Origin: a virus
Lineage: Duplodnaviria > Caudoviricetes
Reading direction: 5' to 3' (one strand)
IMG/VR virus record: IMGVR_UViG_3300020043_001104
Span: 1-30,414 of that record
Length of the DNA stretch: 30,414 nucleotides
Positions 1 to 7,779 of the stretch are shown here, one piece after another (within the stretch, counting starts at the first letter, position 1; every line of letters begins with the position of its first letter). The notes under the pieces were generated by a model that saw only the letters and a program-made list of their open reading frames with translations, did no database searches and was not told the DNA's origin. The position numbers and the translations under genes were made by a program.

Positions 1-6
1 GTGCAT

Positions 7-396
7 TCATGAGTTCTTGTCGCGCAACTTAGCTTCAATGGCTTTTGCGTATTTCAGTGTGTCGAAATAACAGTTAGTTACATACTGCTCTGCCATTGCT
101 TCGTATTCCTCATCCGTCAGCCCTTGCCATTCGCGCTGTGGTGGTGCTGTGTAGAGTGCAGTCCACCTTCCGGCATTGCAAGTTATGTCCGTAGGCCGAT
201 TCTTGATAATAACGTCATCAATAAAATTGTGCATCCACGCAACCGGCTCAGGTTCAGGCTGCGCTAGTCTGGCGCGTAGTGCTTCCATTACTTCATCTAT
301 TTCGGCCGGAAGCGGTATTCCTGTTGGCGGTAAGCTGCATTGATTTATATCGTCCAACATATCCAAAGCCTGTTGTAATAGTTCGCGGTCAGTCAT
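7..396 (-). CDS. Hypothetical phage early protein (QPEPEPVAW / REWQGLTDEE-type motifs)
   Basis: ORF 7..417; the start is more likely the ATG at 396 (MTDRELL), which has GGGG upstream and overlaps the previous stop. The motifs are typical of small proteobacterial phage accessory genes. Confidence 0.7.
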   Translation of the reverse strand: MTDRELLQQALDMLDDINQCSLPPTGIPLPAEIDEVMEALRARLAQPEPEPVAWMHNFIDDVIIKNRPTDITCNAGRWTALYTAPPQREWQGLTDEEYEAMAEQYVTNCYFDTLKYAKAIEAKLRDKNS

Positions 397-676
397 GCTG
401 CCCCCTTTCGCGCACATAAACAGCTGCGTGATGCCAATAATTATTCAAATGCTTTACTGCTTCATGCCGCTTCATAAATTCTGTTGCAATAGCCTCACGC
501 TCTGTTGCTACAATGCTGCGCTCGTACTCCGTCCAATGGTCTTGAGTCCATGTACGATTGCGCTCTGCTGCTGCGACTAACTCTCCAAATTTCCACAATG
601 GATCAAAGCCACTAGAATCATTTGCATAATCCCAGCCAGCTTCACGCGCCAATTTGATCATGTCATCTCTAGTCAT
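389..676 (-). CDS. Hypothetical phage protein (MTRDDMIKLAREAG family)
   Basis: 95-aa ORF, GAGG RBS, tightly packed in the operon. Confidence 0.7.
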   Translation of the reverse strand: MTRDDMIKLAREAGWDYANDSSGFDPLWKFGELVAAAERNRTWTQDHWTEYERSIVATEREAIATEFMKRHEAVKHLNNYWHHAAVYVRERGQHD

Positions 677-683
677 GCTTGCC

Positions 684-884
684 TCACAGAAACGACTTGA
701 TGCGCTTGATTTCCCAATCGGTCATGTCATGCACCAGCAAGATAAAGTCTGGCGTGATAGGCAACTTGCCTGCTCTAATCTTCGATATTGTCGGTGGCCG
801 GCTACTTAGAAACTTGACCAGGGCAGAATCATTTTTAAGGCCAAACTCAGCTTTGATTGCATCAAGTAATTTATGGTTTTTCAT
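684..884 (-). CDS. Small XRE/Cro-like helix-turn-helix protein
   Basis: LLDAIK..FGLKNDSALVKFL...PPTISKIRAGKLPIT pattern resembles small HTH proteins of Burkholderiales; AGGAG RBS; ATGA overlap with the upstream gene. Confidence 0.65.
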   Translation of the reverse strand: MKNHKLLDAIKAEFGLKNDSALVKFLSSRPPTISKIRAGKLPITPDFILLVHDMTDWEIKRIKSFL

Positions 885-1138
885 TTTTTGTATCTCCTTA
901 TCATCTCGGCTCGCAGCTGTAATCTAGCCTCTGTGCCTCGCTTCTCTTCCACTGTAATCAGGTAGTCACGCTTGGTTATTCGTGGCTTCCTGGCCTTGTC
1001 TGGCAGCAGCATTGCGTATCTAATCTCGCACTCTGCCTGCCAGGCTTTGCTATGTGTGCAAAGCTCTTTCCCATCAACTACTACTATGCGCGGTTCCCAA
1101 TGCACTCGGCCACACTGCTCACAAAACCGATTAGCCAA
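881..1138 (-). CDS. Hypothetical protein with N-terminal CxxC
   Basis: Part of ORF 881..1228. The likely start is TTG at 1138, after GGAG; contains CEQC and HSKAWQAECE...EEKRG. Confidence 0.6.
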   Translation of the reverse strand: MANRFCEQCGRVHWEPRIVVVDGKELCTHSKAWQAECEIRYAMLLPDKARKPRITKRDYLITVEEKRGTEARLQLRAEMIRRYKK

Positions 1139-1235
1139 GGTATCTCCGGTGGTATCGCCTGGTCGCCTTAATCGCAGCCACCACGCCAAGACCAGCCAGT
1201 CGCCACATCCTGAATGATTGCCAGGCACGTATCAT
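1131..1235 (-). CDS. Small 34-aa protein (MIRAWQSFRMWRLAGLGVVAAIKATRRYHRRYLG), not in ORF track
   Basis: Translated by hand. ATGA overlap with the 1232..1432 stop, GGAGG upstream, and it fills the gap to the next gene. Confidence 0.5.
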   Translation of the reverse strand: MIRAWQSFRMWRLAGLGVVAAIKATRRYHRRYLG

Positions 1236-1432
1236 TTGACCCTCCGCATCTTCTTTTCCTTGGCTTCCAGCTCCTGCTGCTTCCTGATGCGCTTGAACTT
1301 TTCAGCAAGATCTAAGGCGCTACCAGCTGCCTGGTATTTCCAGTTCGGGTTCCACACTGATGGTGTTGTGTCCTTGTCCTTGCGCTTAACCAATGTCGGC
1401 TCACTTGCTAACGATAGTTTGGGTTGTTGCAT
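1232..1432 (-). CDS. Hypothetical basic protein
   Basis: 66-aa ORF with AGGAGG RBS. Confidence 0.6.
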   Translation of the reverse strand: MQQPKLSLASEPTLVKRKDKDTTPSVWNPNWKYQAAGSALDLAEKFKRIRKQQELEAKEKKMRRVK

Positions 1433-1583
1433 CCTTATTCCTCCTTTTTAAACATCCATGACAAAGCCATCTCCTGTTTTTCTTGTTGTTAAATACATGC
1501 CAATCACCACCGGTTATCGGATTGTGTTGCTGGCAATTAGTACAAAACCTAGTGCTCGCATCAATACTTACTTCATCTGCCAA
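1401..1583 (-). CDS. Small zinc-ribbon-like protein
   Basis: CTNC...CHGC pair; GGGAG RBS. Confidence 0.6.
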   Translation of the reverse strand: MADEVSIDASTRFCTNCQQHNPITGGDWHVFNNKKNRRWLCHGCLKRRNKDATTQTIVSK

Positions 1584-1900
1584 ATTGCTACTCCCTTCCC
1601 GCCATGCGCTGATGCCTGAATACGTTTAATGATTACCTGGTGCTTTTCCATCTTCTTTAAAATGCTGTACGCAGATGAATAGTCTGCCTGCCAACCCTGC
1701 AGCTGCAGCTCATCAAACAGCTGGCCGGTACTTAGCTCACCAAAATCTGTCAGTATTTCAATGATGGCTTCCCTGATGTCGGTGCCTACAGTGCGTTTAG
1801 CCTGGTACTGACCAATCCCCATCTTGACTATCTGTCGCCCCTCCGCATCAGGCAAAATATACTTCTCACCCATGAGCTGACGCAGCAGCCAGTCAGTCAC
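1568..1900 (-). CDS. Putative winged-helix DNA-binding protein
   Basis: Likely GTG start at 1900 (GTGA overlap with the resolvase stop); IREAIIEIL...ELSTGQLFDEL...SAYSILKKMEKHQVI fits a wHTH pattern. Confidence 0.55.
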   Translation of the reverse strand: MTDWLLRQLMGEKYILPDAEGRQIVKMGIGQYQAKRTVGTDIREAIIEILTDFGELSTGQLFDELQLQGWQADYSSAYSILKKMEKHQVIIKRIQASAHGGKGVAIWQMK

Positions 1901-2217
1901 TTCAACGCATCCCTCATTAGCGGCAGGAAATCGTGTAGCTTCAAAACTACCCGCCAAGGCTGGCCATTGCGCCTGTATGCCACCACTCCCACCTCGCCTG
2001 GCTGTGTGCAGGCTTCTACTTGCTCGCTCCATTTGTCCACCTCGATTCGTTCCCTGCGTTTAACTTCGATCCTGAATTGGGCAATGGTGATGTCATCCTC
2101 ACCGTCACGCGCTTGACCCAGGTTGCGCTTAACCACAAACCCCAGCTGATCTTGTAGCAGGGCAGCAAGCTCGCGCTCACCAGCTGCACCCTTGTTTCGA
2201 GCTCCTCGGCCATTCAT
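1897..2217 (-). CDS. Holliday junction resolvase, Hjc-like PD-(D/E)XK nuclease
   Basis: RNKGAAGERE, DDI, IEVKR and VAYRRNGQPWRV motifs. Confidence 0.75.
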   Translation of the reverse strand: MNGRGARNKGAAGERELAALLQDQLGFVVKRNLGQARDGEDDITIAQFRIEVKRRERIEVDKWSEQVEACTQPGEVGVVAYRRNGQPWRVVLKLHDFLPLMRDALK

Positions 2218-2402
2218 GCAGCACCATTAAGCAACTGCTTTAGCCTGGCATTGGTGCTTGCATAGCGCCTGCCATAAGCCTCAACAATGAGCTCCTCAAT
2301 CAGTGAAACCCTGGTGCGCCTTTGCTCCTTGCTGGCCATGTCTAATAGCTCGCGGATCTCCGGGCGCATCTTCATCATAAATGTCTGTTGCTTATTTTGC
2401 AT
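2214..2402 (-). CDS. Ribbon-helix-helix (Arc/CopG-like) transcriptional regulator
   Basis: Beta-strand TFMMKM followed by RPEIRELLDMAS..QRRTRVSLIEELI; first gene of the leftward operon; GAGGT RBS. Confidence 0.7.
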   Translation of the reverse strand: MQNKQQTFMMKMRPEIRELLDMASKEQRRTRVSLIEELIVEAYGRRYASTNARLKQLLNGAA

Positions 2403-2411
2403 TTACACCTC

Positions 2412-2441
2412 TCGTTGAATATTGCTCAACGATATATTCAA
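2412..2441. promoter_or_regulatory. Overlapping inverted repeats (operator or recombinase subsite)
   Basis: TCGTTGA-N7-TCAACGA (2412-2432) and TTGAATAT-N11-ATATTCAA (2415-2441). Confidence 0.55.
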
Positions 2442-2458
2442 ACCTCATAGCTAGTCAA
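2429..2458 (-). promoter_or_regulatory. Putative leftward sigma70 promoter
   Basis: Minus-strand TTGACT (2458-2453), 18-nt spacer, TATCGT (2434-2429), upstream of the RHH gene. Confidence 0.5.
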
Positions 2459-2471
2459 CTAATAAAAGTGC

Positions 2472-2500
2472 TTGACGTATTGATCGCAGCAATATAATCT
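2472..2500 (+). promoter_or_regulatory. Putative rightward sigma70 promoter for the recombinase operon
   Basis: TTGACG (2472-2477) with TATAAT at a 15-nt spacer or TAATCT at a 17-nt spacer; the spacer contains TATTG-N7-CAATA. Confidence 0.6.
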
Positions 2501-2552
2501 CTGCTTCACGGTCAATAAAGATCGCCACGCCACCGAGAAACAGGAGCGCAAA

Positions 2553-3203
2553 ATGTCTAAATATGTAGCTTATTTCCGCGTATCAACAGATCGCCAGGGC
2601 GCATCTGGCCTTGGCTTAGAAGCCCAGCAAGCAGCCGTTATTCAGTACGCCGACGGCATCATCCACTCATTCACCGAGATCGAATCAGGCAAGCACGACG
2701 ACAGGCCACAGCTGCAGGCTGCTATCGCTATGTGCAAAGCCACAGGCGCTGCTTTACTGATCGCCAAGATCGACCGCTTATCACGCCAGGCTGCTTTCCT
2801 GCTCACACTGCGCGACTCTGGTGTTCAGATCGTTGCAGCTGACATGCCTCACGCCGGTACTCTTGAGTTCGGTATCCGTGCAGTAGTTGCACAGCATGAG
2901 CGCGAAGAGATTAGCCGTCGCACCAAGGCAGCACTGCAGGCAGCCAAAGCTCGCGGCATCAAACTAGGTAGCCCAAACCCATCAGCTGGTTCAGCTGCCG
3001 GCATCGCCAGCATCCAGGCAAGCGCAGATCAGTTTGCACAGCGCGTTAAACCCATCATTGACGACATCATTGCCAAGACTGGCTCAACCAGCCTGCGCTC
3101 AATTGCAGCTGCACTGACAGCTCGCGGCGTGCAGACATCACGCGGTGGCCGCACCTGGGGTGCCAGCCAGGTAGCTAACTTAATCTCAAGGAGTGCAGCA
3201 TGA
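2553..3203 (+). CDS. Small serine recombinase (resolvase/invertase family) with C-terminal DNA-binding domain
   Basis: YFRVST catalytic Ser motif, ESGK..DRPQL, KIDRLSR, ER..ISRRTKAAL..AKARG..LG, and C-terminal SLRSIAAALTARGVQTSRGG.TW; AGGAG RBS. Confidence 0.92.
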   Translation: MSKYVAYFRVSTDRQGASGLGLEAQQAAVIQYADGIIHSFTEIESGKHDDRPQLQAAIAMCKATGAALLIAKIDRLSRQAAFLLTLRDSGVQIVAADMPHAGTLEFGIRAVVAQHEREEISRRTKAALQAAKARGIKLGSPNPSAGSAAGIASIQASADQFAQRVKPIIDDIIAKTGSTSLRSIAAALTARGVQTSRGGRTWGASQVANLISRSAA

Positions 3204-3280
3204 ATGACGACTTTTTAACAGGCTTCATGGTGGCTATGGCCATCATGGTTTTGGTTTTGGTTTGGGCGGGGATCATATGA
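3200..3280 (+). CDS. 26-aa single-TM membrane peptide (MNDDFLTGFMVAMAIMVLVLVWAGII), not in ORF track
   Basis: AAGGAG RBS; ATGA overlaps at both ends (3200-3203 and 3277-3280). Confidence 0.65.
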   Translation: MNDDFLTGFMVAMAIMVLVLVWAGII

Positions 3281-3564
3281 TTAACGGCCAGGTATTGCGC
3301 GATGCCCAGCTCGCATTGTTTGAGCGCCGTGATGCAGACTTCTTGAGCCGGTGCAGGCAGATAGCCACCGACATTGCAAAGAGGGATGGCCAGGTATCAA
3401 TCAATGATGTTCGAGCTGCAATCCAGCTGCCGGCAGAGCTGCACCCATCTGTACTCGGAGCTGTTTTTAGATGTAAAAAATTCACAGCAATTGGCTTTAC
3501 TGAAGCCACACACAAGGCCGCCCACGCTCGCGTAGTGCGGATCTACAAACTAAAGGAGAACTAA
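3277..3564 (+). CDS. Hypothetical, probable winged-helix-like DNA-binding phage protein
   Basis: Start reassigned to ATG 3277; VSINDVR...LHPSVLGAVFR...HARVVRIY pattern. Confidence 0.65.
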   Translation: MINGQVLRDAQLALFERRDADFLSRCRQIATDIAKRDGQVSINDVRAAIQLPAELHPSVLGAVFRCKKFTAIGFTEATHKAAHARVVRIYKLKEN

Positions 3565-4521
3565 ATGTCAGGCAAAAAAACACCAACGACCATGATGTCG
3601 GCAAGCAGACTGCCATCGCTGCTGGGCTTATCCAAGTACATGACACCCAATGATGAGTTGCATTTGTCTATCTCTGCCCTGAAAGGCGAGCTCAATAACT
3701 TTGAGCAGAATGAAGCGATGGCCTGGGGTGATCGACTCGAAGAGATTATTTTGCTGGAGACTAGCAAAAGACTGCAGCTGACAGACTTACAAACTGAGTT
3801 CAGCAGCGCTTTCTATCACGCCACATTACCGCTGGCCTGCAGCCTGGATGGTTATGCTGATGGCCGTGGCCAAGTAATTAAAAATGATCATGATGCCGGC
3901 ATTTTTGTCATTGGCGCTGATCAAATTGTGCTCGATGGTTTTGGAGTGCTTGAGGCAAAGCTAACATCTGTCCAGGCCGAGGAGATCCCAGCGCTGTACC
4001 GTGGGCCAGTCCAGCTGCAAGCGCAAATGGACATCATGCAGGCCAAGTGGGGTTGCGTTTCAGTGCTGTATCGCGGCACTGAGTTGCGTATATTTTTGTT
4101 TGAGCCGCATCAGCAAACCCTGGCAACCATCAAGCAGGCTGTGCTCGACTTCCAGGACAAACTGGAAAAGTACAAAGCCACCGGAGCTGTTGACTTCTAC
4201 CCACCGGCAACCAGTGATGATGCAGATCGGATGTATCCAAGCGCAGCTGGTGAATCAATTGTCTTAGATGTTGAGGCTGAATTACTGGCAGATAAAATTG
4301 TTGATGCTAAAAGCAGGATTACTGCAGCTGAGAAAGACAGAGCAGCCGCTGAGAAAGATCTCAAAACAATGCTCAAGACAGCACCCAAAGGGATAGCCGG
4401 GCGGTATGAAATCAACTGGCCAATGCGCAACTACGCAGCACAAGCCGCAAAGACAGTGCCGGCCAAGGATGCCTACAGCATCAGACAATCAACCCTTGCA
4501 ATAAAGGAGTTTAAAAAATGA
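3565..4521 (+). CDS. YqaJ-like (lambda exonuclease family) viral recombination nuclease
   Basis: SAS...LLGLSKY.TP, WGDRLEE, ACSLDG, LEAK and QLQAQM motifs; lies upstream of RecT. Confidence 0.85.
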   Translation: MSGKKTPTTMMSASRLPSLLGLSKYMTPNDELHLSISALKGELNNFEQNEAMAWGDRLEEIILLETSKRLQLTDLQTEFSSAFYHATLPLACSLDGYADGRGQVIKNDHDAGIFVIGADQIVLDGFGVLEAKLTSVQAEEIPALYRGPVQLQAQMDIMQAKWGCVSVLYRGTELRIFLFEPHQQTLATIKQAVLDFQDKLEKYKATGAVDFYPPATSDDADRMYPSAAGESIVLDVEAELLADKIVDAKSRITAAEKDRAAAEKDLKTMLKTAPKGIAGRYEINWPMRNYAAQAAKTVPAKDAYSIRQSTLAIKEFKK

Positions 4522-4694
4522 TTGATTTAAACGAGCTTGAAACAGCGCACGACAGAGCAGTCAACAGTCTGCTAGGCAACGTGCCGAAGTTACACAGAGA
4601 AGAGGCCTGCGAAATAGTTGAGTCCATTGTCACCTTGGTGCTCATAACAATCAAAGATGAACTGGAGAAAAATAATGCAGCTCACTACAACTAA
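4518..4694 (+). CDS. 58-aa hypothetical protein (MIDLNELETAHDRAVNSLL...), not in ORF track
   Basis: AAGGAG RBS, ATGA overlap with the YqaJ stop, TAA at 4692-4694. Confidence 0.65.
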   Translation: MIDLNELETAHDRAVNSLLGNVPKLHREEACEIVESIVTLVLITIKDELEKNNAAHYN

Positions 4695-5703
4695 AGGCTT
4701 TGCCCCAGCCACTATGGGCGAGGCAATCGAGTTCTCAAAAATGCTATCTGATTCCAGCATGGTGCCAAAGGCTTACCAGGGCAAGCCACAAGACATCATG
4801 GTATGTGTTCAATGGGGTTATGAGCTGGGTCTGGCACCCATGCAGGCATTGCAGAACATTGCCGTAATCAATGGCAAGCCGTCGGTTTACGGTGATGCTA
4901 TGGCTGCCCTGGTACAAGCTAGTCCAGTGTGCGAAGGCATTGAAGAGCGCATCGACAATGAAGGTACAGTTAACCCTGTTGCAGTTTGCATAGCACACCG
5001 GAAAGGGCGCAAGCCTGTTACTGCTACCTTCAGCGTAGAGGATGCCAAAAGAGCTGGGTTATGGGGTAAGCAAGGCCCTTGGCAGGCTTACCCTAAACGG
5101 ATGTTGCAGATGCGTGCGCGTGGCTTTGCCTTGCGTGATGCTTTTCCTGATGTGTTGAAAGGCTTGATCAGCGCAGAAGAGGCTCAAGATTATCCAGACG
5201 ATACCGCACCACGGCCAATCAAGGATGTAACCCCGGTGCCTGCAAACCCGCTGGACATGATCGCACCACCGGCAGCAACAACGCCACCACCAGCACCAGA
5301 AGTGCCAGAGGATCTTGAGCCCATCCTGGTAGATGAGTATGTGCCTGACCTGGATGATGCGCCAGAAAAGCCGCCAGAGCCTACTGCAACGCCTGTCGAC
5401 GGCATCCCATTGCTTACGCCTGGCAAGGATGATGAGCCGCCAAAAGTACACGCCACTCACCAAGACCTTAATGCATGGGCTGACCAGTTTATTGAGCTCA
5501 TGGATAAGACAGCCAGAGCAGGTAAGGTACCACCACGCCAGCGCATGTCAGTGCTCAAAAAATTTAGAGATCTTAACGAATCAATTATCCAGAAGGTTGA
5601 CCTGGGTAAGAAATCTGAAATCGTTAGCATGTATGGCAGACGCATACGAGCTCTCGGAGCACAGCTAAAAGATGCTACTGACGCAGAGACTGGTACTGAG
5701 TAA
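4675..5703 (+). CDS. recT: RecT/Red-beta-like single-strand annealing protein with Pro-rich linker and extra C-terminal domain
   Basis: SMVPKAYQGKP, GYELGLAPMQALQNIAVINGKPS, DAKRAGLWGK.GPW..YP.RML..RA..FALRDAFPDVL.G....EE; start at ATG 4675 after GGAG. Confidence 0.85.
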   Translation: MQLTTTKGFAPATMGEAIEFSKMLSDSSMVPKAYQGKPQDIMVCVQWGYELGLAPMQALQNIAVINGKPSVYGDAMAALVQASPVCEGIEERIDNEGTVNPVAVCIAHRKGRKPVTATFSVEDAKRAGLWGKQGPWQAYPKRMLQMRARGFALRDAFPDVLKGLISAEEAQDYPDDTAPRPIKDVTPVPANPLDMIAPPAATTPPPAPEVPEDLEPILVDEYVPDLDDAPEKPPEPTATPVDGIPLLTPGKDDEPPKVHATHQDLNAWADQFIELMDKTARAGKVPPRQRMSVLKKFRDLNESIIQKVDLGKKSEIVSMYGRRIRALGAQLKDATDAETGTE

Positions 5704-6142
5704 CACATTGATTCAATGCGATGCGGAGCTCTTCTGCCTGCTTACCTATGGCAATAAGAGCTTCTGCATCTTCTCTAGCAAGTTCTCTTGCAGTACAGAT
5801 GCAGGCGGGGCAGGCAGAGCCGGCGGCACCGGACACGGAACCTGCCTGGGTGGCGCGGTTGGGGCGCTTGCGCAAGCTGTCAGCAATACTGGCAACACGA
5901 GCACCAAGCTCTTGATTCTTTGCATTGGCTTCCTCTCTTAATTGATCAGCATTAGATTGCAGCAGCTGTTCTTTCTCACGCGCAGCTGTGATTGCCTTGG
6001 CATGTTCTTCTGCCAGTTTGATTCTTTCTTTATCCCAGGCTGACTGTACTTCAGCGCGACCATGCGATGCGCCCTTAACATAGCCAGCACCACCGGCAAT
6101 GGCCACAGCAAACACAGCACCAACAAGAAAATAAGGATTCAT
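5675..6142 (-). CDS. Rz: Rz-like inner-membrane spanin
   Basis: N-terminal TM, long coiled coil, C-terminal A++LRIALNQC..QY; last gene of the lysis cassette. Confidence 0.7.
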   Translation of the reverse strand: MNPYFLVGAVFAVAIAGGAGYVKGASHGRAEVQSAWDKERIKLAEEHAKAITAAREKEQLLQSNADQLREEANAKNQELGARVASIADSLRKRPNRATQAGSVSGAAGSACPACICTARELAREDAEALIAIGKQAEELRIALNQCVTQYQSLRQ

Positions 6143-6303
6143 TTTGGTGGTACTTTGGTGCCCTCTAACTTCTTATGCACCTTTACTGTTTTGCAGACCT
6201 GCTTGCCCTTCTCTTCATGGCAGACCTTTTTTAGTTCCCCGCCGGCATAGCTATTAGCACTAAACGCGGCTAATAGTACAAGTACACTAGCATTAAATCG
6301 CAT
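6139..6303 (-). CDS. Small secreted protein (signal peptide, 2 Cys, Lys-rich)
   Basis: Start ATG 6303 after GGAG; MRFNASVLVLLAAFSANSYA signal peptide. Confidence 0.65.
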   Translation of the reverse strand: MRFNASVLVLLAAFSANSYAGGELKKVCHEEKGKQVCKTVKVHKKLEGTKVPPK

Positions 6304-6304
6304 G

Positions 6305-6727
6305 TCAGATCTCCGGTTGATGTGCTGGTGGTGGTGCAGGCTTACCATTAAAGCCTGCGACTATTGGTGCAACTGTTGATACTGGCTCAAGTGTAGGCTC
6401 AGTGCGTTGAGCTGGTGCTTGTGCCTTGGGTGGTGGATCAGTCCAGTCGCTTGCCTTAGATACACCAGGCGGTGGGTCGATCAGTTTGGCCACGCCATCC
6501 TTACCTTTGATCGCCAGCAAAGTTGCCAGCGCACCGAGGATGTACTTGCTCATATCGCTGAGGAGCATAAAGAATTGTTTATCAGCTGGCGCAATGCCTA
6601 CCATCGGTTGCTGGACAAACACGACTGAGTACATAGCTAGGCTGCTCATCATTAAGAGCACCAGGCAAAATGTAGCGCCAATAATTAACTTGATGTATGA
6701 ATCAATTAAATCTGAATTCAATTTCAT
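6305..6727 (-). CDS. Two-TM membrane protein with Pro-rich tail (holin candidate)
   Basis: Two hydrophobic segments (about aa 13-38 and 52-73); located in the lysis cassette. Confidence 0.6.
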   Translation of the reverse strand: MKLNSDLIDSYIKLIIGATFCLVLLMMSSLAMYSVVFVQQPMVGIAPADKQFFMLLSDMSKYILGALATLLAIKGKDGVAKLIDPPPGVSKASDWTDPPPKAQAPAQRTEPTLEPVSTVAPIVAGFNGKPAPPPAHQPEI

Positions 6728-6918
6728 TTTTGTTCCTCTGGCTTATAGTCTGCAGCTGGCACTAATTGATCAGGGCAGGTGCCTGTTACAGCACAGGTTG
6801 GCCGCTGGCATTCAGGTTTATTCCAGTTCTTATTGTCCTGGCATGGATACCTGAATGTGTCTTCGCAGGATGCAATAGTCATAACCGCAATCGCTATAAA
6901 GAAAAATGATTTCATCAA
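6724..6918 (-). CDS. Cys-rich lipoprotein (possible o-spanin)
   Basis: Lipobox IASC at Cys18, then RYPCQD..NW.KPECQRPTCAVTGTCP; GGTGG RBS. Confidence 0.7.
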   Translation of the reverse strand: MMKSFFFIAIAVMTIASCEDTFRYPCQDNKNWNKPECQRPTCAVTGTCPDQLVPAADYKPEEQK

Positions 6919-7556
6919 TGCCCACCTTGCATCACAGCCAGCGCGTGTTTGTAATGTTTGATGCGGTCGTTAAGCCCTATGGTTCCCCCATTTATTCGCT
7001 TCGTCATACCGAGGATGTCATCAGTATCCGCGAATTTATTTAAGCCCCGGCTCTCCCAATACCAGCAAGCACTCTGAGTTGCCCCCTCGAATGTCTCCAG
7101 GTATTCTGGCACCTCATCAATCTTTAATGGTCGGCCATCAACTTCAATGCTGTCTGCAAATTCTTGGTAGTTTGCACGACCAGTTAACTGGATAAGACCT
7201 CGGCCAATCCAACGAGCAGCATCGCCACTAGCTTCATCACCATTACCCATACGACCACTATAAATACGATTTGCAATGGCAGCTTGTTTATTAGGCTTGG
7301 CACAATACGCTTGAGCAATTTCATCTGTTTCAAAATACTTAGCAAAAAGTTTTCTTAGGGTTGCTGGCTTGTAGTTTAGGTTTTCTTTTAATGCAGTGAA
7401 GTTGCCAGACTCATGCGCACACTGAGCAATGAATGATGCAATGCGCTTGTTGGTGTTGATCTCGTATTCAGGTAGCAGCTGCTCCAATGCATGGTGCCAA
7501 TGCTCAACATACTTATTGCCTGGCAGTAGCTGCTTCAGTTGGTTCAGTGTCAGCAT
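6915..7556 (-). CDS. Glycoside hydrolase family 19 (chitinase-like) endolysin
   Basis: FIAQCAHESGNF, ENLNY, GRGLIQLTGRANY and TKRINGG..GL.DR motifs. Confidence 0.92.
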   Translation of the reverse strand: MLTLNQLKQLLPGNKYVEHWHHALEQLLPEYEINTNKRIASFIAQCAHESGNFTALKENLNYKPATLRKLFAKYFETDEIAQAYCAKPNKQAAIANRIYSGRMGNGDEASGDAARWIGRGLIQLTGRANYQEFADSIEVDGRPLKIDEVPEYLETFEGATQSACWYWESRGLNKFADTDDILGMTKRINGGTIGLNDRIKHYKHALAVMQGGH

Positions 7557-7779
7557 TCTTCTTATCCTCTAGTTCACGCATCATTAACTTGCGTATCCTA
7601 CGCATTCTATCTACCTCAACTATGGCTGCATTGGTTGCATTGTTTGCGTCCATGATTGCCAGCCCAACCAGCGGCAAGGCTATAGCAAGCGTTAAGACCA
7701 TTGCAAGTAAGCATATTAGTAGTACCCAAGGGATGCTGTCTTGCTCGTCTTTATCAGGATCAGGACGCTGATTAGCCAC
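7513..7779 (-). CDS. Single-TM membrane protein (start uncertain)
   Basis: Part of ORF 7513..7809; hydrophobic WVLLICLLAMVLTLAIALPLVGLAIM followed by a coiled coil. Confidence 0.55.
   Translation of the reverse strand: MANQRPDPDKDEQDSIPWVLLICLLAMVLTLAIALPLVGLAIMDANNATNAAIVEVDRMRRIRKLMMRELEDKKNADTEPTEAATARQ

Noticed and set aside
2553-5703. Plus-strand block as an invertible segment flipped by the serine recombinase
   Set aside because: No matching inverted repeat was seen at the right boundary, where recT and the spanin overlap in coding sequence; a divergent operon explains the orientation.
5938-6126. Embedded Rz1 o-spanin in an alternative frame of Rz
   Set aside because: No lipobox cysteine after the hydrophobic stretch and no RBS.
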